The notes below the pieces were generated by a model. It worked only from the letters and a program-made list of their open reading frames with translations, made no database searches and was not told the DNA's origin. A stretch of 64,000 bases of DNA. It comes from Camelus ferus. Its lineage: Eukaryota. Below, one piece after another: positions 1 through 12,052 of the stretch; position 1 is the first letter of the stretch, and each line of letters opens with the position of its first letter. Both the position numbers and the translations under genes were made by a program. The DNA is taken from contig NC_045696.1 in NCBI RefSeq assembly GCF_009834535.1, positions 116,376,001 through 116,440,000 on the forward strand, written 5' to 3'.

Positions 1-170
1 GCGCCGCGGCCGCCGCCAGGGTCTCCCTCTCGGGCTCTGGTCGCCGGGAGCGCGAGACCCTCCCCCCGCGCCCTCCCGCCCCTGCGCCCACCCCCCTCCC
101 CGCCCCCGCCCTCCCCCGCGCGCCGACCGCCCGCCCGCCCGGCTCGCTCCGGCCGCGGCCCGCGCGCTGA

Positions 171-198
171 CGGCGGCGGCGGCGGCGGCGGCGGCGGC
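171..198. repeat. (CGG)9 trinucleotide repeat in KAT2B 5'UTR
   Basis: Uninterrupted cggcggcgg run. Confidence 0.9.
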
Positions 199-223
199 AG
201 CTGCTCCCCCAGGAGGGAGGGGA

Positions 224-313
224 CTAGCGGCTCCGCGGCCGCCGCCGCCACGGCACCCGCCCTCCCCGGGCTCTGCTCCCCGGGGCCCCTCTCCGCGCCC
301 GGGCCGCGGACAT
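224..313 (-). CDS. upstream ORF in KAT2B 5'UTR, 29 aa MSAARARRGAPGSRARGGRVPWRRRPRSR
   Basis: ATG at 313-311 with A at -3 (aacATG); in-frame TAG at 226-224; translated by hand. Confidence 0.55.
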   Translation of the reverse strand: MSAARARRGAPGSRARGGRVPWRRRPRSR

Positions 314-1554
314 GTTCCCGGGGTGCGGGCGGCGGGGGCCGGCCTCTCTCCGGGGCCGGGCTGGGCCCCCCACCCCGGCTGTTTCCCGCTGCCCGCGGGG
401 CGTGCGCCCCCCACCCCGCGCCCAGCACCCGGCGCTCGCCCGCCAGGGGGCGAGGCCAAGCCCGGGAGGAGGGGGACAGGGAGGGGGAGGGGTGGGGGTA
501 GGGGCCGGAGCCCAGGCACCTGCTGGCCGCCTCCGTCTCCGCAGCCCCCACCCAACGCCGACCCCGCCGAGGGTGGGGGCGCGGGGCGCGGGGCGAGGCT
601 CCCATCATTGGTTCCCCCCTCTATTCCACCGTCTCTTGGAACCAAGACAACTTCCTCCACCCTAGCGGGAGCCAGAGGAAAAAAAAATATTTTTGAAAAG
701 TACCCGTCCATGCTAATCCTTTTCTTTGTTGCTAATTCGCCGAAATAAAGGCGTGATGTTTTCTGTTTCTCTTTTTAGATACTTTTCGGTCCAACGTCTT
801 TCTTTTAATTAAGAACGCTTTCTCCCTCTAAGCAATTTCTGAATCCCATCTGCCAGAGAAAGGGAAAGACTGTTGATCAATATTTTTTGTCATTTGTTTG
901 AAAGTGCTGGCTGGTAAAAGAACGGTTGTCCGAAAACCCCTGTCAGAATGAAAACTACGCGCAGTGGTAAAAGTTTGTCCATCGGGCTCATCTCTGCAGG
1001 GTGGAATTACAACCTTGCTTCTTTCTTTCCTATAACGTTCCATAGTTTTCAAAATTGATATCACCAGCATGCATATTAACCATGAAAAAAATTAAGCCGC
1101 GTCCAAAAGAATGTGTTGATTTTGGCCTCAAACTTAAAAACAAAACAAAAAACTCAACTCAGCGTTTTCAACTTTGTTGAAACTGTTGAAAACTGTCTTT
1201 TTCATTGTTGATGACGAGGAGGGGGGTGTTTAGAAGGCACGTCTCTGTTTATCATTTGAAAGTTGTGCACCTTTGATCTGCCTGTCTAAAGCAGGTTTTA
1301 CAGCCCAGCGCTCTATCTCAGGACCCTTCACAAGTGCCCTGCTTTTGTCATATGGGTCATAATTTTTACATAATATGGATCATAATGTGCGTATTATCAA
1401 ATTTTTTGCATGCTGTCTAGCTCACCCTCAACTCCGGCTAGAAATGCCCTCAGGAATGTGCTTTTCTCTGAAAACATTCCCCTTCCCGTCCCATTTTGTT
1501 CCGGTTAATTTTCTCTATCCCTTTTCTAGATTCTCTTATGTTCTTTTGACTTTT

Positions 1555-1653
1555 TAAAATCTACATTATTTTTTAATGGAGGTACTGGGGATTGAACCCA
1601 GAAACTTGTGCATGCTAAGCATGCACTCCACTACTGAGCTACACCCACCCCCC
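1555..1653 (-). mobile_element. tRNA-derived SINE (camelid Vic-1-like)
   Basis: Minus strand reads TAGCTCAGTAGTGG...GGTTCAATCCCCAGTACCTCCATTAAAAA (Pol III A/B boxes); TSD TCTTTTGACTTTT at 1542-1554 and 1654-1666. Confidence 0.85.
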
Positions 1654-2362
1654 TCTTTTGACTTTTAATGCAGAATGGTATGTAAAAGTGAACTTTTTTG
1701 TTTAAGTTTGTAGATCCCAACAGTGACGTTAGCATAAAAGGAAATAGCCTCTCCCAGCTTGAGTCCAGTTTCAAGGTTCGCCATCACAGACTCTCAGTTT
1801 CCTTCGGGCAGTTACTTGGGGCTTCCTTTCTTATCTTGATGTGCTTCACTTTATCACCCTTAGTCCCTCTGGCTCTACCGAGGGGTTTACCAATTTTTTT
1901 TTTTTCTTTCTTTTTTGCAATTCTCACTAAAGCAGAATGGGAGTCTTAACAGCTGAGATCCCATGAGCAAAGTCCAACATGATGTCAGCAGATATAGATA
2001 GGGGTTTGGGTTCCACGTGCAGGCATTTGTCAAACTCATCCTCTCCTTGAGGTTTGTGTATTTCACTGGATGTCAGTTTCCTCATATATTAAAAAATATA
2101 TAAATAGTAACATCTAGTCGATGGTGCTCATGCTGAAAGGTTAAGGGTGCCGTGTCCTGATATATGCAATGTGCCTGGAGCAGAAAAAGAAAAAAAAAGA
2201 TGAATTGATGCAGCTGTGAACAGGCAAATTGGCAGATGAACAGATATACTATAAAGCAACTCGAGTGAAATGTTAATAATTGAATCTAGGTAGCAGGTAT
2301 AGAAGTGTTTACTGTGCAGTTTGTAAATTTTTCTGTATGTTTGAAATTTTCATCATAAAATA

Positions 2363-2466
2363 GGGGAGGGAAGGTATAGCTCAGTGGTAGACGATGCATG
2401 AGGTCTTGGGTTCAATCCCCAGTACCTCCATTAAAAACTAACAAACAAACAACAAAAAAAACAGAG
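2363..2466 (+). mobile_element. tRNA-derived SINE (Vic-1-like), internally shortened
   Basis: GGTATAGCTCAGTGGTAGA...GGTTCAATCCCCAGTACCTCCATTAAAAA, A-rich tail, flanking CATAAAAT repeats. Confidence 0.85.
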
Positions 2467-2959
2467 CATAAAATGATGGGGGCAGAGGGAAACCCAGCTT
2501 CAATATTAACCTACCCATCACCTCTGTCTCCCAAGCTGTCCCTGGATTTCAGGAGGCAGACTATTTCCAGGATGTTTTGAGGCAGAAGAAAACAACCTCA
2601 TTTCAGTCCGCCCTGAAAGCCATCACTGTCTGAATGGCGAATGGCTTGTGACATAAACTGAGCATGATTTTTCATTATTTCCCTGCTCAGAGAACCCAGA
2701 TGACATACTGCCTTAGGCTGAAGGCCCACCATTTCAAGGCCTATTCAAAGTGTGTTCTGAGCACCAGGCAGGGACATTTCAAGGGCAAAGGATTCAGGAG
2801 GCTGGCTGCCTCTGCACAATCAGACTGCTGTGAGCATTTAGTAAGCTCTCGTGCGCAGTCCTTTTACAAAGCGAACATCAAGAAAATAAAAAGCAGTGTT
2901 TTCACTGACAGAGTATTCACAACTGTGATCAAAAATGGAACCAGAGGATATGAAATAGA

Positions 2960-3319
2960 GAATCTCATGCAAATTCCCTGAGAAGAACGGAACTTGGAAC
3001 TGAAGAGCTGAGAGACCAATTAGTCGTAAAGGCTGGTTTACAGAAGACCCTGACTTCCCTCCTGCCCCATGAACAACCGACAGGAGTCTCTCCCCATCCT
3101 CAAGCCAATGAACTCACTGCTTGGATTCCAGCCAGATCCCCCCCCCCCCTTGTCTGCACTCCCTGCCCCTGAATACAGCCCACACACACCCTCAACACGC
3201 CTACCTGTAGCTTGCTGTGGTCCGCATTTCCCCAGATGGCAATTCCTAGGCTATTCCCGAATAAACTCAATTTCTGGTAGTTCCAGCTTGCCTCACTTTA
3301 GTTCTTTATTCAGGTTGAC
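2960..3319 (+). mobile_element. ERV1-type LTR fragment (MER34/MER39-like)
   Basis: AATAAA at ~3260 followed by the terminal TTCAGGTTGACA typical of this LTR group; left boundary uncertain. Confidence 0.4.
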
Positions 3320-3624
3320 ACCACTTGCTGAAATAAGAAAACCACAATTAGAAAGGTCTTGGTGAGTAGAGACTGAGGGAGCAGGTGTGCTCCCCATTGC
3401 CCCACCAAGGTTACTTCTGGCATATTAATGCTATAGAATAGTATGAGGCTGCTACAAAGAATGGCCTTTACACAAATGTAAGAGCATAGGCAGGTCTCCA
3501 GGAAATACTGTTGAATGAACCCTATACAGTATAATACTGTCTGTGTTAAAAGCAAACACACACTGACGTATAAGCACAATTTTGTATATGTTCAATCAGT
3601 GCATATAAAATGCAAAAGCATGCA

Positions 3625-3815
3625 AGGGATAAACTGGGAGTTTGGGATTTGCAGATACACACTACTATACATAAAATAAATGAACAACAAGGTCCTAGTT
3701 TATAGCACAGGGAACTATATTCAATAGCTTGTAATAACCTATACTGAAAAAGAATCACTATGCTGTACATCAGAAACTAACACATCATTGTAAATCAACT
3801 AAACTTCAATTTTAA
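3625..3815 (+). mobile_element. 5'-truncated LINE-1 3' end
   Basis: GGGATAAACTGGGAGTTTGGGATTTGCAGATACAC...TATAGCACAGGGAACTATATTCAATA...CATTGTAAATCAACTA...; flanked by GCAAAAGCA repeats. Confidence 0.8.
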
Positions 3816-4201
3816 AGAAGAAGCAAAAGCAAGAGAAAGAGGTAGAAAGATACACAGCCAACTCCTAAATGTGCTTGCCTTTCACTGGGCTCCCTTGAGA
3901 GTCAGACTTACTTTTCTCATTTTTATATTCCCAATTCCTCCCTCAAAAAAAGTTCTCAATAAATACTAGTAGTCATTTCTACCTGTAAATTCCATCTTCA
4001 GTCTGCTCACATCTGTCTCCATGGCCATCACCTCTTGCCCAGGCTGCCAACCACAGCTTCCGAACTGGGCTCCACCCTCACTCTGCCACCATCCCCTCTC
4101 CATGATACAGACTTTTAAAACTGTAAATGCAAACCTCATCCCACAACCCGCTGCTCAAAACCCTTCAATGGCATCTCATAACATTTAAAGTATAATCTCC
4201 A

Positions 4202-4675
4202 TGATATATTTATACAATGGATTACTATTCAGCCATAAAAAAGAATAAAATAATGCCATTTGCAGCAACATGGATGGACCTGGAAATCATCATTCTAAGT
4301 GAAGTAAGCCAGAAAGAGAAAGAAAAATATATGATATCACTCATACGTGGAATCTAAGAGAAGAAAAAAGGACAAAAAAAAAAAAAAAGGACACTATGAA
4401 CTCATCTACAAAATACAAACAGACTCGTAGACATAGTAAACAATCTTAGGGTTACCAGGGTAAGGGGATGGGAAGGGATAAATTTGGGAGTTTGAGATCT
4501 GCAAATGTTAGCCATTACATATAAAAATAGATTTTTTTAAAAGTTTCTTCGTATAGCACAGGAAACTATGTTCAATATCTTGTAATAACCTTGTATCTGC
4601 ATGACTGGGCCATTGTGCTGTACACCAGAAATTGACACATTGTAACTGACGGTACTTCAATTAAAAAAAAAAAAA
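4202..4675 (+). mobile_element. LINE-1 3' end (ORF2 terminus, 3'UTR, poly-A)
   Basis: CAGCCATAAAAAAGAAT...TTTGCAGCAACATGGATGGACCTGGAA...; ends TACTTCAATTAAAAAAAA. Confidence 0.85.
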
Positions 4676-6289
4676 TCTCAACCCCATAACCTGATTGGCC
4701 AGGCCCACCTCTCGGGCCCTTCTCCCAGGTGGGTGGTATACTCCAGCCTAACTCAGGAAGCTCTTTTCTGCACCAGCCTTTGCATTTTCTGTCTTGCCTG
4801 ACACCCTCCCCTCAGCAGCATGGCTGGCCCCTGTTTCATGAAGTGTCTCTTGCTCAGTGATACCTTCTCATCTAAGAAAGGAAAGTTTGGGACCATCTAT
4901 TGCTACTCCAACATCCAGTACCGTTTTGCCATATTCCTTCCTATTCCTTCCTACCCAGCCTACACAGCTTCTGTAAAGTGCCGGCACCCTGAAGCCCACA
5001 GGTGGATTGAAAGTGTCCCCAGTGAGGGCCCAGTCTCGCAGCACCGAGGCTGGACCAGGCGGTATCAGAACAGGCTTAGCCCAGCGTGTGGTCAGTGGCT
5101 GCCATCCTTCACAGCACAGCCACCTGCTTTTAGAGACAGCGTCTCAACGGAAGCATAAAATAAAGACAGGTGAGGCAGATGCCTTAGGGCGGAGCTCCTT
5201 GAGCTAGCTTCTCACTAGAGAAAGTGGTTGTGCTCACTGGACATTTATTTTAATAACCTCTAAAATAAAATCTAGCCTTCTAAGGAAAAAGTACTGGAAA
5301 GCAATTATGAGATGAATCCTGGGATGGGGAGACATAAACTCTCCTTCCCTAGTTTTCAAGCATTTTTTTGCAGTTAAATTATGATTTCCAGTGTGAGGCT
5401 TTAGAACTATGCCCCCAAATACCATTAGTGGTATTTTGTTCATTTTTTTATTTTTAGTTGTTCTTAATAACAGTTTTCATATCTAATATGATTAGGTCTA
5501 AATGGGTTTGGCTGAGCACTGCCCTTGGAAAGAGAGAAAGCTTTTCTCTGTTGTTTTCTATTTACAGTTACTAACACATATGCTTGTTGTTTAGGCCTAA
5601 GGACCGTTTACAAGGAAGGTACAAAGTAAGTAAAAGAAAAAGTCTTCTTCTGAACGCGGGATAAATGGCTGACTGCTTTTCTGAAGCAGTATGTGAGCAT
5701 CTATCTCTTTAAGCCACTTGAAAATTATATGAGAAAGTGAAATTTCCAAAAAACCAAACTTTGGTATGACCTAGATTTTCTGTGACAATCTGAATATTAT
5801 AAATTTTACTCTTGTTAGTGCCATATAACTGCTTAAAATAAACTTCAGATGGTGGTTTCACTGGTGCATACATCTATCAAAATTCACCAAATTGTACATC
5901 TGAAATATGTGTAGTTTACTGTACAGGAATCATACCACCATAAAGGTGTTAAAAAAAATTTTTAATAAAATGAAAAATAAAAAAAATTAAATAAACTAAG
6001 AGAAAACAAAACAAAAAAGAAAAAAATATATAAAGTGCATAGAACAAATAAAAAATAAATACTAAAAAGAAAAAAATTAACATAAGAGGGATTCTAATTC
6101 CCTAACTTTATAAAAATGTCATACACGTAATTTCACAGATTAAGGAAAACATTTTATCAGGGCAAGTTTTCTAGTTTAGGGTCTCTTTACAAAGGGCACA
6201 CCTGCTCCTTCAATTCCTTAACCTTAAGTCCTGGCTGGCCAAACACACTGTGGCTGACCCTCTGGGTCTAAAATCAAAACTCAGTATGT

Positions 6290-6460
6290 TTTATACTGTA
6301 CAGCACAGAGAAATATGTTCGGTAGTTTGAACTACAATATAATAAAGAAGACTATGACAAGGAATATATAAATGTGTGTAGAGCTGAATCACTCTGCTGT
6401 CCACCTGAATGACACGACATTGTAAATCAACTACACTTCAATGGTAAGAAGAATAAAAAG
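6290..6460 (+). mobile_element. LINE-1 3' end fragment
   Basis: TACAGCACAGAGAAATAT...GAATCACTCTGCTGT...CATTGTAAATCAACTACACTTCAAT. Confidence 0.65.
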
Positions 6461-7114
6461 CCCAGAGCAGAGTGTTTCACTTTATAAAATAGTTGTTATA
6501 CATCAGCAACCATTTTGGGTGAAAACAAAATAAAACAAAACAAAACAAAAAAGTTGTGAAGCATGGTAACAGGATATCCTTCCGAAGCACAAAAATGTAT
6601 ACAATGTTATAAAATATTTTGTTATGTTTCAGACATACAGAAAAATTCAGGGAGTGACTGAATGTCTATTCACGAACCCCATTTCCTTCATGTGTTCATT
6701 TGCCAGAGAGAGAGAGATTATCAGTTTAAAAGCTCCTCACGCCTAACTCTCCTTATCTCATTTGCCAAGTGCCTGCCTCCCCAGAACTGCAGTCTGTATC
6801 TTCCCTGTTCATGTTTTCTTTTAACATTTACGGAATAAACCCCGCAGAGAAGCGTTAGGGGAAACTTTACTGTAAGGGGCCGGAGTGTAGATATTCAAGG
6901 ATTTTCAGCCTCGTCACACCTGCTCACCTGCGCCAAGGTTCAGTGTTCTGGGAAAGAGCACTGCTTCCTCCGACACAGCTGGAAGCCAAGCAGGACATGA
7001 GCACCTTCTCACGCTCTCCCCACCGAACACCCCCATCCCTCTTCTTCCCGTTGCCCAGAATATCCAATCTACGTTTTTACGACAAAGAGCAGCTTATGTA
7101 ACTGCTTGAATATT

Positions 7115-7490
7115 TGCTGTTTGCTAGGCTGCCATAACAAAGCACCACAAACTGGGAGGCTGACGCCGCAGAAATCTCTTTCCTCACAGTTCCGAAGGCC
7201 GGAAGCCCAAGGTCAAGGTGTGGACAGGACTGGCTGCTCCTGAGGCTTCGCTCCTTGGCTTGTAGATGCCGTTTCCCTCCGCCGTCTTCACGTGGCCTTC
7301 CCTCTGTGTCTGCGTCTTAATCTCCTTTTCTTATAAGGACACCAGTCAGATGGGATGAAGGCCCACCCAACTGACCTCATTTAACCTAATTGCCTCTTTA
7401 AGGGTCCGATCTCCAAGTATGATCACGTCTGGGGTACGGGGTTTAGGCCTTCAGCATAGGGGGGCAGTGGGTATGATTCAGTCCCTAACA
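7115..7490. mobile_element. MaLR LTR (MLT1-type)
   Basis: GCTGCCATAACAAAGCACCACAAACTGG...TCACAGTTC...AAGGTCAAGGTG...TAAGGACACCAGTCA...ATTCAGTCCCTAACA signature. Confidence 0.75.
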
Positions 7491-8147
7491 TGCAGTGAAT
7501 AGTTAATTAACACACTTCACATATTTTCACTAATATATTTTAACAACGCCCATGATCACTGTTTCTTGAGCTGTATTCCCTCAATCTAGATTTGCTTTTT
7601 TTCTTGCTGAACATACCTTTGAGCAGTTCTCTCAAAGAGGACCTAAACCGCTACTCAGTCAACCTTCTGTTGAGGGAAGGCCTTAAATCTCTAGGAGGTG
7701 AAACATTTGAAACAAATATGTTCTATCTAGTCAGGATGAATTTCATATTTTTTAAAAGCCTGTAAAGAAAAATGACCTCTTCTACATTTAAATGGTATTT
7801 GATGTCAATTTTAAAAATTAAACATTGGCATTTTTTTTCCACATCAAAAGGAAGAAGGAAAGAATGAAAAGGGAAAGAGAGACCAGCACATTTGTATCTT
7901 CAGCTGCTTCTAGCCATTTGTCTTTCTGTTTTGGAATATTCTGTTTTTTTAAGTAGACTTTTTTTCTTTTTAAGGTAAGTGCGTGTAGTAGATGCCCTAA
8001 TTTTAATTGTCTAGCTCAGTGTATTTTTATATATGCAAATACTTGGCCAGCCACCATGCAGATAGAGATACAGAATATTCCGAACACCTAAGAAGGCTTC
8101 CTTTGCCCTCTTCCAGTCAGTACCCTAGATTAGTCTTGCCTGTTCTG

Positions 8148-8240
8148 TTTTTTTTTTTTTAATGGAGGTACTGGAGATGGAACCCAGGACCTCACGCATA
8201 CTAGGCATGCGCTCTACCACTGAGCTGTACCGTCCCCGCC
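8148..8240 (-). mobile_element. tRNA-derived SINE (Vic-1-like) inserted in an old antisense L1 (~7960-8720)
   Basis: Poly-T then AATGGAGGTACTGGAGATGGAACCCAGGACC...TCTACCACTGAGCT. Confidence 0.85.
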
Positions 8241-11008
8241 CCCACAGTATTTCTTTGTTGTTTTAACTAGCATTTACAACACGTGTGATCACGTTGAGCA
8301 CATTTTCATTTGCGTATTGGCGTTTAGGATATCCTCATTTGTGAAACTGATGTCTGTTCAAGTCTTTTACCCGTGTCGAAATTAGTTTGTCTTTTTTAAA
8401 TTGACTCGTGGTAGATTTTTAACAGAGTTGGATTTGAATTCTTCCATGGATGTATCTGTTGCAAACCTCTTCTCTCCGTCTGTGGCTTCCCCTTTCACTC
8501 TCTTAATAGTGTCCTCGGATGAGCAGAAGCTCTTACTTTTATGGGTCTGATTTGTCAGTGTTTTGTCTTGTGTTTAGTGCTTTTGTGTCCCACTTCAAAA
8601 CTCTTTGCCTACCGTGTTTATAAAGATCCTCTCCTGTGCGCTGAGTTTTATTGTTCTGATCTCTCACGTTGATGTCTCTGTTGCAATTCAATCAATTGCT
8701 GAGTGTAGGTTCAGGTAGCAGCGGTCATGGGCACGGTCTTATTAAACTTTCCCTTTGTGTTTTATTTCTAAACTATTATGTTAAATATTTGGAGCAGAAG
8801 GAGTGCCTTATAGCATGACCTTCCAGCTCTTTTATCTTTACTGAGAGTTCACCCTAGTATTGTTTAAAAGAACCGCCTTATACCCCATTAAAGAGTGTGT
8901 GCTCTTTAATTAGTTCTTAAAGCAGGATAACCCTTAGCCTCAGGCAAAAGGAGCCCCTACTCTGGGCCCCACAGAATCCCTCCTGTCACAAACACTCAGT
9001 GGCAAAGTGGGGGCGGGGACTTCTCTGTCACTTGTCACTTGGTCAGAGCTCCAGACAGGGCAAACCTGTAAACCTAGACTTTACCTTCTACCTAACAGGA
9101 TGGAGCCCTCGGGAGACTCATTTCCTCCCATCTCTTGTCCTAGATCTTGGAAGCAGAAGGCACCCGCCTCGGAGCAGCGTGAGGTTTTGCATGTGAATGA
9201 GGCACAGTTTGGGAGGGCGGGAAGGATCTGAGTGGCAGGAATGCTTAGGTAAGAGAAAAGACAAATTAATTAACTTGTCAAATCCTCCTTCTAAGCATGA
9301 ATGCAAAAGATTCTTGCATAACCAAGGACTGTTTCCCAGAGTGTCAGGCAGCCGGTTCCTTGCTTCTCTTTGTGTTTCAATTCATGGTTCTGAAGAGCCT
9401 CATAAATTAGCACAGTATTCACTGACACTGCACAATGTTTGAGGAATATTTTGTAAAATTAAAGGATTCATCTTTCCCTTAAATTTGTGTGTATGTAGAT
9501 CTAAACACTGCATATGGGAAACACGACATAGATTTTTTTCATTGGCAAAGAGGTGCACATTGAATGCGAAAACCGTGAATGGTTTTATAAAATTATTTCG
9601 GAAGATGGCGTTGAATTTTCTAAAAAGCTAATAAGACATTCAGCTTATTTTAATATCTTTGACTAAAACTATGCTAGCAGTTAACTACAATGTCATTTTG
9701 CCTTTGAATTGTGATAGGTTTTGTATATTGTAGAAGAAAGATGACCTTTTTAAAAATGTAAGAAATCGGAATTTTAAAAATTTGTATCACATTCATGTCA
9801 TTCACATTTTGGGGATGAAAATACATTTAAAATTTGCACACTTTGAGAACAATTACATTTTGACCAAGTAGTTGTGTATCATTTTGGATTAAAAAAAATA
9901 AAGAAAAAGGAAGAAAAAAGAAAGTCCAGGAGAAAAATGTGCTTAGAACATTATCTGGCAAATGATGGGTATTCAGTAAATATTAGGGACCCCTTTCCGG
10001 CCACCCACACTTTTCCTCTCTTGGTTTTAGCTTGATACCAGATTCAGCACCCTTTCCCTGGCTCCTTTTCCCATCCTCCACTTTGTAAATACAAACATAC
10101 AGATCCTGTTCGGAATTTGGTTGCCTTATGGAAACGAGTCTAAAGTTTGGAAGAAAACAGAGCCAGCAGAACTGACAGAGAAGAATTCAGCTGAGGAAGA
10201 GAGAAATGAGATCAAAGCTCAGTTGTTTAAGATGACCAATTCTTTTTGCAGAATTCTGACCTACAGCATATGTCAGGCACTTCTTGGCCTACCCAGAAGC
10301 CTTGGGCATCTCAGAAATGTGGATGTGACCAAAGGGAATCTAACAGCCTCTTACTAATAATTTGACTTACCGGTTGGGCTGCCAGCCCTCAGCAAACCAA
10401 ATGAAAGCTTCAGGAAGTTAGCACTGCCGGCCACGACTGCACGTCTTTAGACACACACCTGGAGTGTTTTAACAGCTGGAATCCAATTCCTGAGTTGGTG
10501 CCTGAGAAAATCAAATTTGTCATAGCACTCGACAGTAATAAAACAGGAATAATGAACAGTCTGGGGGTACTTTCTACATGCCAGGCAACGTGCTAACCCT
10601 TTTTTTTTTTTTTTTTTGCAAAATATCCTATCTAATCCTTACCAGGATATTAAAGCTCTTATCCCCAGCTTAGAGGTGAGGACCTTGGGGCTCAGAGAAG
10701 TTAAATAATTTGCACCCGAGTCTCTCCTGCTTTGAACCACTTTAAGTTTCAGCCCAGGACGAGGGTGGCCACTGTTAACTGCGAGCTGACTTAGGGCCTG
10801 AACAGGTGTTATAACAACTTTAGTCTTTTTGGAAATCCCAAGGGGAAGCACTTAGGAGTCCCGTCTATAGATGAAGGTACTTCAGCCAGATTGCGTGTCA
10901 CACAATGACAGTAACGGGTGCAGAGTCTCTCCCCGACCTCATCTCGTCTGTGCAGAAGAGGGAGTGTTTTATTTCAGAGCAGCACCGTGATCATGAACAT
11001 GGTCTGCA

Positions 11009-11170
11009 CTGGCACCGTCCAATATGGTAGCAGCCGGCCACATGCGGCCATTGAGCGTGTAAAAACGTGGCCGATGACACTGATGAACTAAAATTTTAAT
11101 TTTATTTCACTTTAACTTGTTAAATTTGAATAGCACATGCGGTTAGTGGTTACCGTACTGGACGGCACAG
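11009..11170. mobile_element. hAT DNA transposon fossil (MER3/MER33-like)
   Basis: Imperfect terminal inverted repeats CCGTCCAATA / TACTGGACGG; internal CACATGCGG repeats. Confidence 0.6.
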
Positions 11171-12000
11171 CTGTAGAGGGGAAGGCTGCCTGGTGGCCAC
11201 GTTGCCAGCAGAATCTAAGAATTTCTGCTACTGCAGTCTCCCCTCTGTGGGTCAGCTTTGGGACACGTATCTTTGGACTGAGGCACTGCCCTGGACTGAG
11301 GAAGAAGGGAAAGAATCAGGGTCTTTCTCACTCCCTTTATACAAAGCTAAATATTTAAGTGTTTAAACAGTTATTTCATTCTTTCATTTCTCTAACACAT
11401 ATTTATGGGACCCTTCCCAGATGGCAGGCGTATTGAGTTATTCTAAGTCTAGGCCTTGGCTCTGGGGTTAAAATGGCAAACAAGGCAGCAGGACTGGAGA
11501 GACAGATGTTAATTAAATAATCCCACAAATGGATCATTAGAAACTCAAGCAGAGGGAAAGTACAAGGAGTGGTGAAGGTGTTTGACAAGGATGGAGGAGT
11601 TGTGTGAGGCACTGGGAAGCACTTTTCCAGTGATGCTCAAGTTCAGCTTGTGGAAGTGATGTTTCAGCTGAGACACTAAAAGGGAGTCAGAATTAACTGA
11701 GTGACAAGGAAGGAAAAGCACACAAGGTGGAGGGAACGGCATGGACAGGCTGCAGGTGGGCAGAGGGCGGACGTGCTGGAGGATCTTTAAAGCGGGACGG
11801 TGGGGAGAGATGGGTCTGGGGCTGACTGGCTCCCCAGAGCCTCGTCTGTGGCATCAGGGTTTTTGCCCTTTATCCTAAAAGCAGCGGCCAGTGACTGAAA
11901 GGGTTTAAGCGGAGGAGTGACATGCTTAGAAAATCAGCTAAAAAAAATAAAACCAAACCCCCCAAAACTTGGCTTTTAACAAGGGCTTCATTGTTCCCTG

Positions 12001-12052
12001 TTCCTTCCTTCCTTCCTTCCTTTCTTCCTTCCTTCCTTCCTTCCTTCCTTCC
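12001..12052. repeat. (TTCC)n microsatellite
   Basis: Direct reading of the sequence. Confidence 0.95.

Larger units (their letters stand above)
1..390 (-). other. KAT2B: KAT2B (PCAF) exon 1, 5'UTR part; main ATG lies beyond the left edge of the window
   Basis: The reverse complement contains GGAACATGTCCGC...GCGGAGCCGCTAGTCCCCTCCCTCCTGGGGGAGCAGCTGCCGCCG...GGGAGACCCTGGCGGCGG, which I recall from the human KAT2B leader. This fits the known KAT2B-PP2D1-RAB5A-EFHB synteny. TSS is approximate. Confidence 0.8.
1..700. promoter_or_regulatory. CpG island / KAT2B promoter with GC boxes
   Basis: Very GC- and CpG-rich, with many CCCGCC/GGGGCG motifs and G-tracts; abrupt switch to AT-rich sequence after ~670. 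Confidence 0.85.

Noticed and set aside
312..748. Plus-strand ORFs of 117 and 141 aa
   Set aside because: Pro/Gly/Arg-rich ORFs arise from stop-codon depletion in CpG islands; no recognisable domain.
2363..2440. tRNA gene (also the other five similar copies)
   Set aside because: Broken cloverleaf, A-rich tails and TSDs indicate SINEs rather than tRNA genes.
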